Made by a program: the position numbers and the translations under genes. Shown here in pieces: positions 1-14,099 of a DNA stretch of 64,000 nucleotides. The notes beneath the pieces are model-generated. The model saw only the letters and a program-made list of their open reading frames with translations, was not told where the DNA came from and did not search any database. The stretch covers positions 684,173 to 748,172 of the forward strand of contig JAAOMT010000258.1 of NCBI GenBank assembly GCA_016748015.1, read 5' to 3'. How positions within the stretch are numbered: the first letter of the stretch is position 1; every line of letters starts with the position of its first letter. This DNA is from Geosiphon pyriformis uo1 (taxonomy: Eukaryota; Fungi; Glomeromycota).

Positions 1-3000
1 TTTATCTGGTGAATATTTTTTGAATTTTTTTATTGATCAGAATTATAGCTAATTTATAGATTATTTTCGTATTATGTAAGTAATAATACAGTTTATTAAG
101 AACACTATTATATGCTGTATTAAAAAAAGTTTTTTTTTTGACTTTTTTGGAAATTAATAAAGCATATTGACAAGTTTGGTCACATACTTCTCCTTTTATT
201 ACAATATTAATTCAGTTGTATTTCTTAAATAGTAATTTTTTACATATAAAACAGAATGTGTTATCTTATTTTATGCTTTATTTTGGGCTGCTAAATTGTT
301 CTCTGTGACAAGTTTTATAGTAATAGCAAATATAAGTTTCATATTTCTCTTTAAATAATATGCAAACTCTTATAGATAAAAGCTTTTTGTTGTAATTAAT
401 GCATTTAAATGAAATATAGAGTGGTTGTTTTTTGGTTCTAATTTTGAATATAAAACATATCAATTATTAACTGATTTGATTGTAAAGATGGATTGTTAGC
501 TGGTTTTTTTGGGCTATAATTATGTTAGTTATAATATAAATATTTCAAATAGCTGTTCTGTTTTCTTAGCCTAATTGAATGTTAATTCAAAAGCCATATA
601 AGTCTTAGTAATCACTTTTTTTTTTCTTCTCAAATTTAAACACTAAAACTTTTTTAAATTATTTGTTGAAAATACTATATATAATAAATATTCAAATATA
701 TTGTTTTTGGTATAAGATTTTAAATTCTTGGGTTTTCTAATTAAAATTTGCATTGGTTTTAAAAAGTCAATTGTTTTTGACTAAAACTTAATATTAAAGT
801 ATATCTATTATTAAAACTTTTATTAAAATAATAATTTTATTAATTATAAAAGAAAAATTGTCAATTTATTTTACTGAAAATTTTTTTCATACTATTGGCT
901 GTAACAATAACTGTTTAGACTGATCTATTTATGTTTCATTTGAATTGTTATATTAATTGGTATATAATAATATTTTTAGTAGATTTACTGTTTAAGATTA
1001 AGCAAATTTGTTTTTTTTTACTTTAGTTTTAATATATATATCAATAATTGTTTTTTGTTCTATAATAGCTGTATTATTAAACAAAAATAATGATTTGTTT
1101 GCTTTAAATTCAAATAGAAAGATATTAGAAAAATTGGCATTTTTAGCAATTTTGGCTAATAGAATAGTGCAATTATTGTTGGAAAAGATTTGTCTTGATG
1201 TTGCAGCTTTATTTTCAAAAAATGCAGTTTAATAAAAATCCGATTTTTTAGGCATTGTTAAATAGTTATGTTGTATGTAAAAATAATTGAGTTTTGTTAA
1301 ACTGTATTACAAAAAATTAATTGATTATTAAAATTAACTCTATTGTTGTTTGAAAATCGATTTTGTGATATAAATTGGTTTGTTAAACCAATTTTTGTGC
1401 AAATATTTGATATTATTAAATGAATGGTAATTAATATTGTTAAATTTGTAGTAGTTGCTGAAATTATTGTTATATTAATTGTGAAACAGATTAGTAACAG
1501 TTGTTTTGAAATTTTTATAAGTAATAAACTAGTGGTAATAGTTAATAATATAACTACTAGAGTTAAAAATAACATTAATTATTTTTTTGCTATTGGTTTT
1601 GTTGTATTTTTTGGTAGTTTTGTTTCTAATATTCTAAAATTCTACAATAATAACAGTTTTAAAATTAGTTATTTAATAACATATTGCTTTGGTTTTGTTA
1701 TTATAATAATTAATATTTTTGTTGTTGCTGCTATTGTTGATTTATAAAATAGTTTTTGACTTTCTTAGTAAGTTGATCAATCTTTTTTTCAACTATTGAG
1801 CTGGTTTTTTTAATAGCTAGATTAACAAACTTGATATAATTTGCTTTTTTTATAATTTTGTAGTTTTTTATATATTAAATAATTATAACTAAATTTGTTA
1901 AAGCATGAAAACAAACTTTTTTAATTAATTTACTTTTTAATTTAGTAATAAATTAATTCAAAATTTGAGTATTAAAATAGTATTTATTGGTTTTCAATTG
2001 GTAAATTCTTCTAAGAAGTTTATTAAACTTCTTAAAATAGATTATAACAGATTTAGAAAGTTCTTGTTTAATATTATAGAACTAATTTTAAAAAGTAATA
2101 AAGATGTTGTTATTAGTAAATTGTTCTAAAAAAGCATTTTTAAATGCTTGCCAGTTTTTAAAAAGTTTGTTTAAGTTCTTAAACCATTTTTTTGCTGTTT
2201 TCTAAAAAAAACAAGAAATCACTTTTAATATTTTTACTGTATTTCAACTATTTACATTTCCTGTTTTTGAGACTTTGTTTAATTATTCTTGAAAATTAGT
2301 GTTAGCAGCTTTTTTTGTAAATTTGGTGATTTTTGCAAGATAAATAGTTACCATTTTTTCTGTATTTTTGTTTTTAATAGTTTTATTTTTAATAAATTCA
2401 GAAATATTTTTATTGTTATTGAAATAATTACTCTGGTTTTTTGCTAAAAAATCAAGAAAATTTGTGTTGATAAAAATTTGTTCAGACTATTGTATTAAGT
2501 TTTTTGGTGATGTAAAGTCTTCTGGTCTTGAAATATAATTAAATAGTAAATTTGGTGTCTAAACTTGTGCAAAAAAAGCTGAGAAGAGTGTAATTAAAAG
2601 TGTTAGTTTTGAATTGGTTTTTTGTTCTGGTGTTTGTAAGTATTAAAAGATTGTCTTTAATAGATTAAGTATTGTATAAATTGGCTAAGTATTTTTCTGT
2701 TTGTATTTTTTGCTTGTTTCAAATTTAGATTCAAGTTCAAGTATAAAAAATTTAAATGGTTTTTGTTTAATGTTTTAAAAGTAGTTTTAAAGAGTAATTT
2801 AAGTATTATTGTTTGTAAACTGTTCAAAAAAGCAGTTTTAAAAGTTGTTTAATCTGCAAAAAAAATAACCAAGTTTTCAAACTATTTACTAGTTTCTTTA
2901 AAAAAATAAAAAATTATTCTTAATATTTTAATTGTATTCTATCTATTTGTATTTTTTGCTTTAATAACTTGATTAAATTATTTTTGAAGACTGGTTTTGG

Positions 3001-3799
3001 TATTTTTTCCAAAGAAATCAAGAATTTTTGTAATGTATAAAGTTATTTTTTTATTTTTTTTGTTTTCTTCTTTATTTTTTTTTAATTGGTTCAAAAATAT
3101 TTTCTTTATTAACTAATGTTTTTAAGTATTTGCTCTAATTTTTTGCTAAATAATTAAGAAAATTAATACTAATATAAATTAGTTTTGATTATTGAATTAA
3201 ATTTTTAATAAAGTTGTTAGGTTTTGAAAATTAATTAAATAGTAAATTTGATATTTGTGCTTAAGCAAATAAAGTTAGAAAAAATGTAATTAAAAGTAAT
3301 AATTTAGAATTAATTTTTTGTTTAAGTATTTGCAAATATTAAAAATTTATCTTTGGTGTATTATATATTATATAAATAAGTTGAATGTTTTTTTATTTTT
3401 GTTATTTGTTTTAAGTTTAAACTTAAGTTTAAGAACAAATTATAAGTTGGCAGAGTATTTTTTTCACAAAATTTGATAATATTATAATTAAGTTTTTTAA
3501 AATAAGTAGCATAAACATTAATATTAATAGATTTTGAATCTTTATTTGAATAATAAATTAAGTTTTCAAGAAGATTTTTTTGACTTTTGTAATATTGTAG
3601 TTTCCAAAAAAATAGTTATTAATTTAGTTTTTAATATATTAAAAAAAAATTTTTTTTAAAAACTATGATTTTATTTTGAATTCCAAATTATTGTTTACAA
3701 TAAATATAAATTAATTAATAATATTTTAGAGTTGTTATATCTAATACAGTTATCACTTTAATTTAATTATTGCTGTATTATTCTTGAAAGAACACCAAA
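1..3799 (-). mobile_element. Degenerate Ty3/gypsy LTR retrotransposon, 5' part (PBS, gag, aspartic protease); continues beyond window start
   Basis: Minus-strand translation ~1750-2160 gives NWQAFKNAFLEQFTNNN...FNKLLRRIYQL...IDQLTKKVKNYF (retrotransposon gag). ~880-1080 gives ICLILNSKSTKNII...TVIVTANSMKK (protease IxLILDSGSAGSII with D>N, G>K transitions). PBS-like TGGTGTTCTTTCAAG directly follows the LTR end at 3800. Many stops. Confidence 0.8.
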
Positions 3800-4787
3800 T
3801 ATTACTAAAAATTTTTTTTACCCTTTTTTTAATGTTGTTAATACTATCTTGCTGTTAATTTTGTTGTTAATAAAAGTTAGTAAATTTCTAATAAGCTAAT
3901 TTTTTATTCAAAATATCTTTTTATACTTTAGATTATGTATATTATTAAACTTATAATAAAATAGCCAATTTTGTGTCAATTATTTATATAGTTACTTTGT
4001 AGTAAAAGTTGATTCTTTTACAGAAAAATTTTGTTTGTAAGCTTTTAAAATATATCTAATTACTTTGTTGTAAAAGTCAACTTTTCTACAAAAAAGTTTG
4101 ACTATAAACTACATAATAATATATAAAATAAATTAAAAATAAAAATAAAAAAATGTGTCAAAAAAGTTGTTTTAGATTCAAGTCTAAAAATTACTAACAA
4201 TTACTAAAATTGATAGCTAATTAATTTTAAAATATTAGTATAAAATAGTTAATTTCACAATAAAAATAGTTAAAAAAAATTTTTATGTTTTTCAAAGTAA
4301 GTTTTATTGAAATTAATTTGTATAAAAAATACTAGGAGATATATTAATTTTAATTAAAATAAATTTTAACTAAGATATATTTTCTTAAAAAGAGAAGCTC
4401 TTTTTTTATACAACTTATTATAATACTATTTTATGATTTAACACTTTTTTTTTCTTAATATTTCGATAAACTAAAGATATATTTTATCAAACTACAAGTT
4501 ATTTCTGTAAACTATAAATTATTTTAGTAAACTGTTAACTATTTTGTTAAATTATTAAATATTTCAACAAATTTTGAATTTTACATAGTTTGGTATATTA
4601 TATGATCTAATTATTGCAATTTGGTTTTATTTGTGTTTTATATAAATCGAATATTAATTAAATAATTCAGATAATTTGATAAAATAATAAGTAATAAATT
4701 AAAATAATAATATATGTTAATTAATATTAAAAATTATAAAAATAATTTTATGCTAAATTATGTTTCAAATTTCTATTGGTAATAATA
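3800..4787 (-). repeat. LTR (~990 bp), 5' LTR of the gypsy element at 1-3799
   Basis: Aligns as reverse complement to 14896-15886 over its length. Ends are degenerate TGTTA...TAACA, it is followed by tt-TGG PBS, and it contains ~20-bp tandem subrepeats (tattttagtaaactgttaac-like). Confidence 0.75.
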
Positions 4788-4899
4788 TTATTAACTTTTT
4801 TTTCATATTTTGGTATTTATATATTTATTTTATATGATTTAAATTTTCATATGTAAGCTGTATTTTATAATAATGATTGATTTTAGATTTTAGATTTTT

Positions 4900-7800
4900 A
4901 AATCTAATTAATAAAATTTGTCTTCCTAATTAAGATATAAATAATGATAATTTTTATGTTGTATAATAAAGTTTTAAACGATTTTTATGTGTGGCTTTCT
5001 TTAAAATTCTGTTTTTTAATTATAGTTTGTAAGTTTTATTGTTTAAAACTTTATATATATAAAATAATTTGTTTTACTTTGGGTCAAATTTTTTATTTCA
5101 TTGTTTTTTAGTTTTAATATAATATAATAATACTTGGTTTTTAATCTTGAATTTAATTGGTTAATTGTATAAGTAATTATTATGTTTTTTTTGTTGCTTT
5201 TAAGAGCTATTAATATTGTTAATTACTGTTTTATGATTGTTTTTTTTGTTTTTATAAACTGATATGTTCTTTAATATGAAGTAACTTCAAAATCTTTTTT
5301 GGTAATTGTTTTTGTTAAGATAAAAAGTATTTTTAATTTAATAAATAATGTGGATTTTTTTTATAAATTAATTTGAATAGTATAAATTGAGTAATATTTT
5401 GCTTTAATGTTCTATATATAAATAATACTAAAGATATAAATAAGTTCTATTCTTGCATATTTTTATAACTTATTTTCACTAGCACTTTGTACAATGTTTA
5501 GTTAAATTGTTTTACCAATTTATTTATTTAAGAATAATATAGAGATAATAAGAGTTCTTTGATTAAATAATAGTTTTTTTAGACATTTATGTTTGCAGAT
5601 CAAATTTTAGTATATAAAATTAACTATTGTTTTGAAATTTACAATTGGAATAGCTCAGGCTTTTGGTTATTTTATAAAATAATCTACAATTACTACAATA
5701 TATTGATTTTTTTTGTAATAATTAAAAGAAGTCTAACCAAATTAATCTTAATTTTATTAAATAAATTTCCAATTAAAATAAGTTAAAGTAGTTTTGTTAT
5801 TTTGACTCCTTTTTTTCTTTAATAGAAGTTATAATTAAAGATATATTTAAAAATATTTTTATATATTATTGGCCAATAATATAGATTAATTATTTTTTTT
5901 AAAGTAGTATTTTTTTTAAAATATTTTACTATTAGATTAGAGTATATGTTAAACAAAACAATTTTTTTCTTATTATCTTTTGTAATTTATTATAGTATAG
6001 TATGATTTTATTATTCTTGGCAATATAATTAGTTATTATAAATAAGATAGTTTTAAACTTGTTTTATATAATGTTTTGTTTCTGTTAAAATAGTTTTTTC
6101 TTAAACTGAACTATTAACAGATATTGGTATAATTATTAATAGGTAGTTGTATTTATTAGTACAAGATTAGATTTGAATTATTCTTAATAAGTTATTAACA
6201 TTAGTGTTTTTAACTTTTTCTTTATAATATATATTATATAAGAATTACTGCAAATAAATATTTTATTTTATATATTTTTTTTAATTAAATTTTATTAAGT
6301 AGTTATATTAGTTTTTTATGATTAGTATATAAGTTAAAGAGATATTGAAAATAATATTTCCAATTTTGTACAGCTTAATAAATAGCAAAACATTTTAAAT
6401 CAATAATATTATATATTTTTTTAGTAGTACTGGTATTACAATTAGCATAAATAATAGAATATTCTTAATTATCAGATTTAATTTATGATAAAATAGCTCT
6501 TAATGCATTTTTTAATGTTTTTATAACTACTATAAAACGTTTATTAAAGTTTAAATAAATCAAAATTAGTGCTTTAATGAATTATTATTTAAGATAATTA
6601 AAAGCTTTTGTTGGTTAGTCTTCTATATATATAAAATATATTTTAATAGTAAGTAATAAAAAAATTTTGTGATGTTTAAAAAACCTTTGACAAATTAGTA
6701 GTAATATCTAATCAATTCTAAAAAAATTTTTAGCTTTTAAAAATTGGAAATTTTTAACTTTCTAAACTTTGTTAAAATTTAATTTTACTCAATTTTTGTT
6801 AATCATGTTTCAAAAATTTTAGTTTGATTTTTTCAAAAAATATTTATTAAAAATTAAGTTTTAATTTCATATTTTAGAGATAATTAATACTTGTTAGAAG
6901 TAGAGCAAATAGTTATCAAAGATTTCAGAAAATACATTAATATTATTTAAATATATTATAAATAATTTTCACAGAATTTTTTTATATATAACATCTATAA
7001 AATATTAAAAGACAACTGGAATATTATAGAGTTCAAAAAACATTACATTGAATTCGAAATTTTCATTTTTAGTGATAAATACTCTTTTTTTTTGTTGATA
7101 TAATCTATTTTAATTTGCTAATATATACTAAATTTAAAAATAAGAACTATTTTTTATTTTCTAAATTATCCAGAATTTTCTAAATAAGAGAAGTTAGATA
7201 ATTATTCTCTTAAGTAATATTGTTAAGTTTTTAATAATTCACACAAAAATAAATTTTTTTATTCTTTTTAGTAACCAAAACAACTGTTAAAAACCAGGAG
7301 CTTAGCAATTTTTTAATCAATTTATTATCTAACATTTATTGTATTTTTTGTTTAATTAAGTTGTTATTTAAAGTTACTTGATAGACTTATTATTTAATAG
7401 GTATAACATCTTCTGTATTAATCTTATAATTTATAATATCAATGTATCTAAATTCATTTTTGCTGGCAAAGATATTGACATATTTGTTTAGAAAATTTTT
7501 TAGTTGTATTTATTATAAAGTACTTAGATTTCTAAAACTGAGCTTGTCAATTTTTTCTGAAATAAACAAATAGCTTTTTTTTGGCAGATTTTATACTTAA
7601 AAAATGGTGTTATAAAATAAAAAAAATTAAGCAAAATCTGAAATAAATTGTAGTTTTTTTTTTTTATTTTTTTTATTTAATGAGTGAGATCCAAACACTA
7701 CCTAGTACAATACATCATACAAGTGATCTAAACTAGACGTGAATCATGCTCTTTTTACACGTGACCAGCCACTCAGACTAGTCAAGACAACACTAGGCAC

Positions 7801-10800
7801 TTATTTGCACCGAGACCAAGTTACCTACACCTGAAAAAAATAAACTAGATTTACGAAACTCAAAACCAATACTAATAACATCAGCGATACCCAATAATCT
7901 AATCACACTGGATGAGAGCACCGAAAGAAGACTAGAAACCAAGACAGGAATAAAACCATCATGTGGGATAAAGCCACCTTTCTCCATAACAGCTCTGTGT
8001 TTCACACGAACCAGCCAAATATTATCACGGAATGCAAGACAGAAATTATGCATGAATGCCACGATATTCTGAGCCGCCATTTTAGAGTCCTTGAAAACAG
8101 AAAAAGATTCACAATACCACTCATTGAAAACAAAGCCCTTACATATAGCCGCACCAACAACAGTATTAGAAGTGCAAGCAGAAAGTGACTGTGAAACACA
8201 TGAAGTCGAGTGAAATAAACCTGAGCACATTTTCCAAACAGATGCATAAGTGTTCATCAACTGAGCACGATTACCAGCATTGAATGGGCATGAAAACACA
8301 TGATCTGAAATTTCAACATTGCCGCAGAATAAACACATTACACTGGAGTACCCCTTATTGTAAAGTCACTTTCGCATAGCAACAGGAAGACGATGATACA
8401 ATGCCTTCATAAAATATGTCCGAGAACCAGCAGTATGAGCATTAGTGAAACCAGCGGCCAAATGAGAGTCCGGATGCCACACCGAACATAACTTGAACCA
8501 ATCAACATCAGCACGTAGGCTGTCTATCAATACTCAAGAACCAGAACTGACCTCCCAATGTGCACGGTAAATAGAGCAGAAAACATCATAAACAAAATGC
8601 CTAGAATTACCAGAAACCACAGTACCGCCAGCCTTGAGAAAATGTTCATTGATTCTGTGAGGAAGATGCACACTAGAAGATGCAGCAGCCCTAGCCAAAG
8701 TGTCAGCACACTTATTGCCCAAGACTTTAGAGTGACCTCTAACTTTAATCCAATTAACATCCAAATTTTTGCGACAAATGACATTAGAAATATGGTGGCA
8801 TTTGACCCAACACCGATTCCTGAAATCCGAACACCCCAACATTAACTCTGACCTGCATGCATCCAAAGTGGCCTGGCTGTCCAAAAACAGATTAACCAAA
8901 CGAGAAGGAGGAACACACTCGAGAGCCAAAGCAATGGCCTACAGCTCCGTCATAGTAGAAAAAACCAAACCAGAAACTTTCACACCTAAACCCAAATTAA
9001 TGTCCTCAAAAAAAACAGTAGCGCCAGCCTTCATACCAAGTAGTTTTTTAGGATTTTATATATCTAAAACTATAAAACCAATAAGAGTTTTTTTGAAAAT
9101 CTTGATAATATTTTTGGTAGAATTGTAGATAAGAATTTTAAAATGTTTGTAATTTTTAACAAGTATATACAAATTTGAAATATTGGCTAGAAAACAAATT
9201 TTTAAAGCTGTTTTAAACAATAAAACTTGGTCTTAAATTTTTTGATTAATTTTTATAATATACTATTAATAAAAAAAATAAAAATGACAGTATTAATATA
9301 AATAAGTTCTACTTAATTACTGAGTTTTTCCATATAATTAACTAGTATATTTCCTTTTTCACTAAACCTAAATCCTTAGATTTTTTCAATAGTTAGATCT
9401 AATTCTTTTTTGGTGTTTACCAAGATAAAATAAAATATTTTAACAAAAAATAAAAAGATAGTTTAAGTGATTTTTTTTAATATTTAATAATATAAAATCG
9501 ATCAGAATTATTTTAAAGTATTATAATAATATTTTCAATATATTTTGTATTTATTATTTCTTTTTTGACATCAATTTTTTTGTTAGTAAAACTAGACTAA
9601 AAGACAATTTGTACTATAGTATTAATAAAATTTCTAAAATTATCTTAAGATTTATATTTACAAAAAAATAGAGTATTATAATAATAAGAAATTATCCAAA
9701 GTATCTTAAATTGAATTTAATATTGCTAGAATGTACTTTTTCAAAGCATATTTTTTTGTTTTTATTATTGTACTATTTTAATTTTAGTTCTTTTAACAAG
9801 TTTAAATAGGCTAAGTATTAGGTAACTTTAATAGTCTTATTTAATTCTTAAAATCAAATATTTACTATGTTTAATTTATACTTTTTTTTAAGTTTTTTAA
9901 GTTTAATAATAGGATAAAGTATTTAAAGTGATAGATTAAACAAAAAATTATATTTATTACAATATTAAAAATAATAAAAAATCAAATAATAATTACATAA
10001 ATTTGTGTTAAAATTAGCCAATTTTTGTTTTTCTTCTTTTTAGATAAGAATACTGGTTTTAGAATGCTTTAAAATTATTAGTAAACAGATTATCTATTTT
10101 TTATGATTATTAGAATATTTTTTATGATATATATTTTTTTGATTATAATATTTTTTTATTTTGTAATGGCTATTTTCTAAATTTTTTTTATTATGAAAAT
10201 ATAAATTCAGTTAGTTTATTGTTTAATTGTAAACAGCAGTAAATAGAGTTTTTTTTTAGGTTTAGTTATTAATTAAAATAGTATACTAATAAGATTTGTT
10301 ATATTTTTTTTTATTAAAAATATTGTTTTATAGTTTTTTGTTGAACAAAATTTTGCTATAAACAAATCATGAAATAGAATTCTATTTGTTTTGTTATTTT
10401 GGTTGCTTAAATTATTTTAGTACACAAAAATAATAATAATATCTTGTAAAAGTTGAATATATTTTGTTATTTCTTATATATATATCTATTAAAAATAATT
10501 TTTTTTTACAATTAACACAAATTAATTTTGGGAATTAATATGATTAATTTCTTTGATTTAAGAATAGATTTTTAAAATTGATTGTAAAATAGTTTTTTTA
10601 AATTTTATTAGTAATTGTTTTAAGACCACTATTCTAAAATATTTGTATATAGCTAGTATTTTGGTATGTTATTCATTAAAAATAATTTGGAGTTTTTGTG
10701 TATTTTAGTTAAGTATAGTATAAACTTTAGTTAACCAATTATTTTTTATAAAAACTTAATACTAAATGGTTTTTATAACAAGAACTTTCATAAAATTTTG

Positions 10801-13200
10801 ATTTTATTGATTTTAAAAAAAAATAATCAATTTTTTCAATTAATGTTTTGGTATTTTTATCTATAGTAATTATTTTAGTAGTAGTAATACAATCTACTTG
10901 GTAATTTAATTAATTTATAAGTTGTCTTATAATTATGCTACCAGTTAATTTACTGTTAAGTATTAACTTAATATTTATTGGTTCTATTTTAACATTTGTA
11001 TATATTGCTATAATTAGTTTATTTTAATTATTAGCACTTTTACTAAAAAGATTAAAAATATTTAAAGTATTAATATTAAATAAAAATATGGCTATAAAAG
11101 TTTTATTTTTAATAATCGTAGCTAAAAAAATTATTTTAGTAGTAACTATATTATTAAGAAAAAAAAATTGGTAATATTAATTATAGTTTTATTTTTTAAA
11201 TGTACAGTATTACTAAAATTTTGAGTTTTAATAAAATCAAAGTATGAAACTTAATTAAGATATTTTGCTAATAATGTTTATAATAATAGACAATTTAGAT
11301 TTCAAGATAGTTCAAAAATTAACTGTATTGGATTTTTAACTGTATTTTTCTATTTTTAATTATGATTAATTACTTTAAATCTGAAATTTACTGTATTATA
11401 AAATCTAATATTGTAATTAAAATAAAACTGTGATTTGAAAGTTTGAATAATATTAATAAAGTGGTTGTAATATATATTGTAATTACTAATACTAAAATAA
11501 AAAATATTGGCTTTTATTTAATTGGAAGTATTGTAATTACTAGTATTAGTTTTTTTAATTTTGGTTAAATATTTTTTTGTGGCAATTTTATGCAATATAT
11601 TCAGATTTTTAACAATAGTAACAAATATAAGAGTTTTATTTTTAGAATTGTTGTTGTTGTTAATATCTTAAATTGTTGATATTTTTTTGGTATTATAATG
11701 GTTAATAAATTTCTAAACTTCTGGCAAAAATTTCTTTAATTTTCTAAGTTAAATTTTTACTTAATTATATGAGCTTTACATTAATGTTTGAGGTTTTATT
11801 TATGACTAAATTAATAGCTTAAATGTAAATTACTTTTTGTTTTGCTAATTTAAAGTTACAAATAAGTATTACTGTTTTCTGTAAAATACCAGAATATTAG
11901 AATCTAACAGATTAAAAGATACTGCTTCTTAATTTTTTAATAAATTAATTAAAAATTTGGACAGATATATAATAATTCTATTCAATAGTTTGAATTTAAC
12001 AAAGAATTTGATTAAATCAGCCAAAATAAGTAATAATTGCTTTATAGTTTTTTTGTTTTATAATGCTAAATTGATTTTGTAGTCAAATTAAAATATTAAA
12101 ATTGCAAAAGTACTGTAAAAAAACAAATTTGAAGGTGGCAAAGTTAATTGGCTTTTTATTAAAACTTTAATATTATGAGTTTGTAGTTCCAGTCAAAAAA
12201 AAAGATTGAGCTTAAATTGTTTAAACTTTATTTTATTTGTTAGTTATGATTGTTTTTTTAGTTTCTAAAATTTATATAGATATATTTTTTTTATTAAAAA
12301 AATTTTTTATTCTAATAATATTTTTGTAAATTATAATCAAAATAATAAAGAGTTGTTTATTTGTTAACAGAAAGAATATTAAAAAAGATATGTTTAGTTG
12401 TTTAATTGAACTTATGACTAGTTATTTTTTTTTGTTAATTGCTGCAATAAGTTGAAATAGTAATAATTTTTTTGAAAAAATAATTGTTAATTTAGCTAAT
12501 AGTTTTAATATTTTTTGTTTTTAAAAAAAGATATTTTGAAAAGTGGTTTTTGTTGTAAAGATAAGATTTTTGAATAGTGTTTTATATTTTCTTAATAATT
12601 TGGTTCAAAAATTTCTATTAAAGTCTTTAAAGTTTTAACTGTAAACTATTTGGTTGATTTAATAAAATTCTGTTTTTTGAAGTCTAATAGTAAAATAATG
12701 TTATTGATAAAAAAAATATTAACTTTTTGCTTATTATAAATTGGTACAGATTACTGTTGAGTATTGTTTTCTGTATTTGACTTAAATTTTTTAGAAAAAA
12801 CATTTATGCTGTAATTTTTTTTAAGTTGTAAGTAACAATTTTACATATATGTCTTAATTTTTTTGTTAATAAAAAAAAAGGTTTTCACAATTGTTTTTTT
12901 ATTAGTTAAAGTTAAATATAATAGCAAATTTTGGTAATTTTGTTTTCTAAATTTTCAATATCTGCTGTTTTATTTAGATAATAATTAATTTTAACATGTA
13001 TATAATAAAAAAAGTTACTTTTGGCTGTAAATGTTTTTTCTGGAATTCTTAAGTCTTTTTGAAAATATTAGTATAGTGTTCTTTTAAAAGATAAATAATT
13101 TTTTCTGATTGTTTCAATAGTTACTACTTTGTGAATATTCTGAATACTTTATTTTTATAGATTTTATAATTTTACAAAAAGCATTAAATATTATGAGTAA
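4900..13200 (-). mobile_element. Degenerate Ty3/gypsy element (gag-PR-dUTPase-RT-RNaseH-integrase), interrupted by a LINE at 7660-9040; boundaries approximate
   Basis: Minus-strand relics in gypsy order: gag ~11880-12240 (FLQYFCN...LQNQFSIIKQK), protease ~10850-11030 (IKLILNSKLTGSII), dUTPase ~9490-9790, RT/RNaseH ~6450-7640 (NIFASKNEF; AFNYLK..IKALILIYLNFNKRF), integrase ~5470-5780 (NQYIVVIVDYFIK*PKA*AIP...LVKQFN*TL). Confidence 0.8.
7660..9040 (-). mobile_element. Young 5'-truncated non-LTR retrotransposon (LINE): RNase H domain, C-terminal Cys/His region, 3' UTR and poly(A)
   Basis: GC-rich island. Minus frames give GMKAGATVFFEDINLGL...TEL*AIALALECVP...FLDSQATL...WIKVRGHSKVLGNKCADTLA (RNase H) and CLFCGNVEISDHVFSC (zinc-binding). 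Poly(T) on + at ~7654-7678 is the poly(A) tail. TAGTTTTTT is duplicated at 7651-7659 and 9041-9049 (TSD). A few stops/frameshifts. Confidence 0.9.
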
Positions 13201-14099
13201 ACTTAACAAAATAATAATTTAACTTTTAGTATTTGTAATTTGATAATAGAAGTCAATTAAGTATTAAGTTAATTATTTTCTGGGTTAAATTAGTTATTAA
13301 TCTTTAAAGATTTTTCTGTTTAAAATTATATTTATTGAGTTTTTTGGTAATAAGATACAGAAATATGTTTTTTAGCAGTTTGTAGTTATAAATATGAACT
13401 TTTTTTTTAAGTTAATTAAGTATAGTTACTAAGATTTAATATTGTTTTTTTATCTTTTTGATAAATTAACAAGATAAAATTAATAGCTAAAACTAAGAAA
13501 AGCTTTTTTTTTATTAGACTATTATAAAGTTTATTCTTAAATAATCAATTTCCAATATTATTACTTTGTAAGAGAAAAATAAAAATAAAATAAAATAAAA
13601 TAAAAAGAATAAAAGCAAAAAAAATGTCATAATCAAAAATAATTGGTTCAAGTTATTAGAATTTTGAAGCTGTTTATTTTAATAGTATTTGGTCTAAAAT
13701 AAAAACAATTAATTTGATTTTAATAATTAGAATATTAAAATTATGTATAAGTAATTTGAAATAAAACGATTTTATTGAACTGATTTATTAATAAATATAT
13801 GATAAAATTGATTTTTAAGCTAAAATTAAGATATTTTTAATATAAAAATGATTCTTGTTTCTTCTTTTTTTCTTTTTATTTATTAAAACTACTTGTTTTT
13901 ATTTATTCTATTAATTTTTCAAAGAGTTAAATTTGAGAAAAAAAGTTTTTTGTTTTGTTATTTACAATAATTTTATTACTATTTTACAAAAAATTAATCT
14001 TTTTATAGTGAATTTAACAATTGTTTTTGGTAATATTGTGTTAAAAAAATATTTAAAAAAATAATTTTTTCCAAAAAAAAATTTTATTAAACAATATTA

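Noticed and set aside
278-5786. Short I/N/K/F-rich ORFs in the AT-rich region (also 14156-14344, 29965-30228)
   Set aside because: Chance or residual open frames in hypermutated retroelement or AT-rich DNA, not genes.
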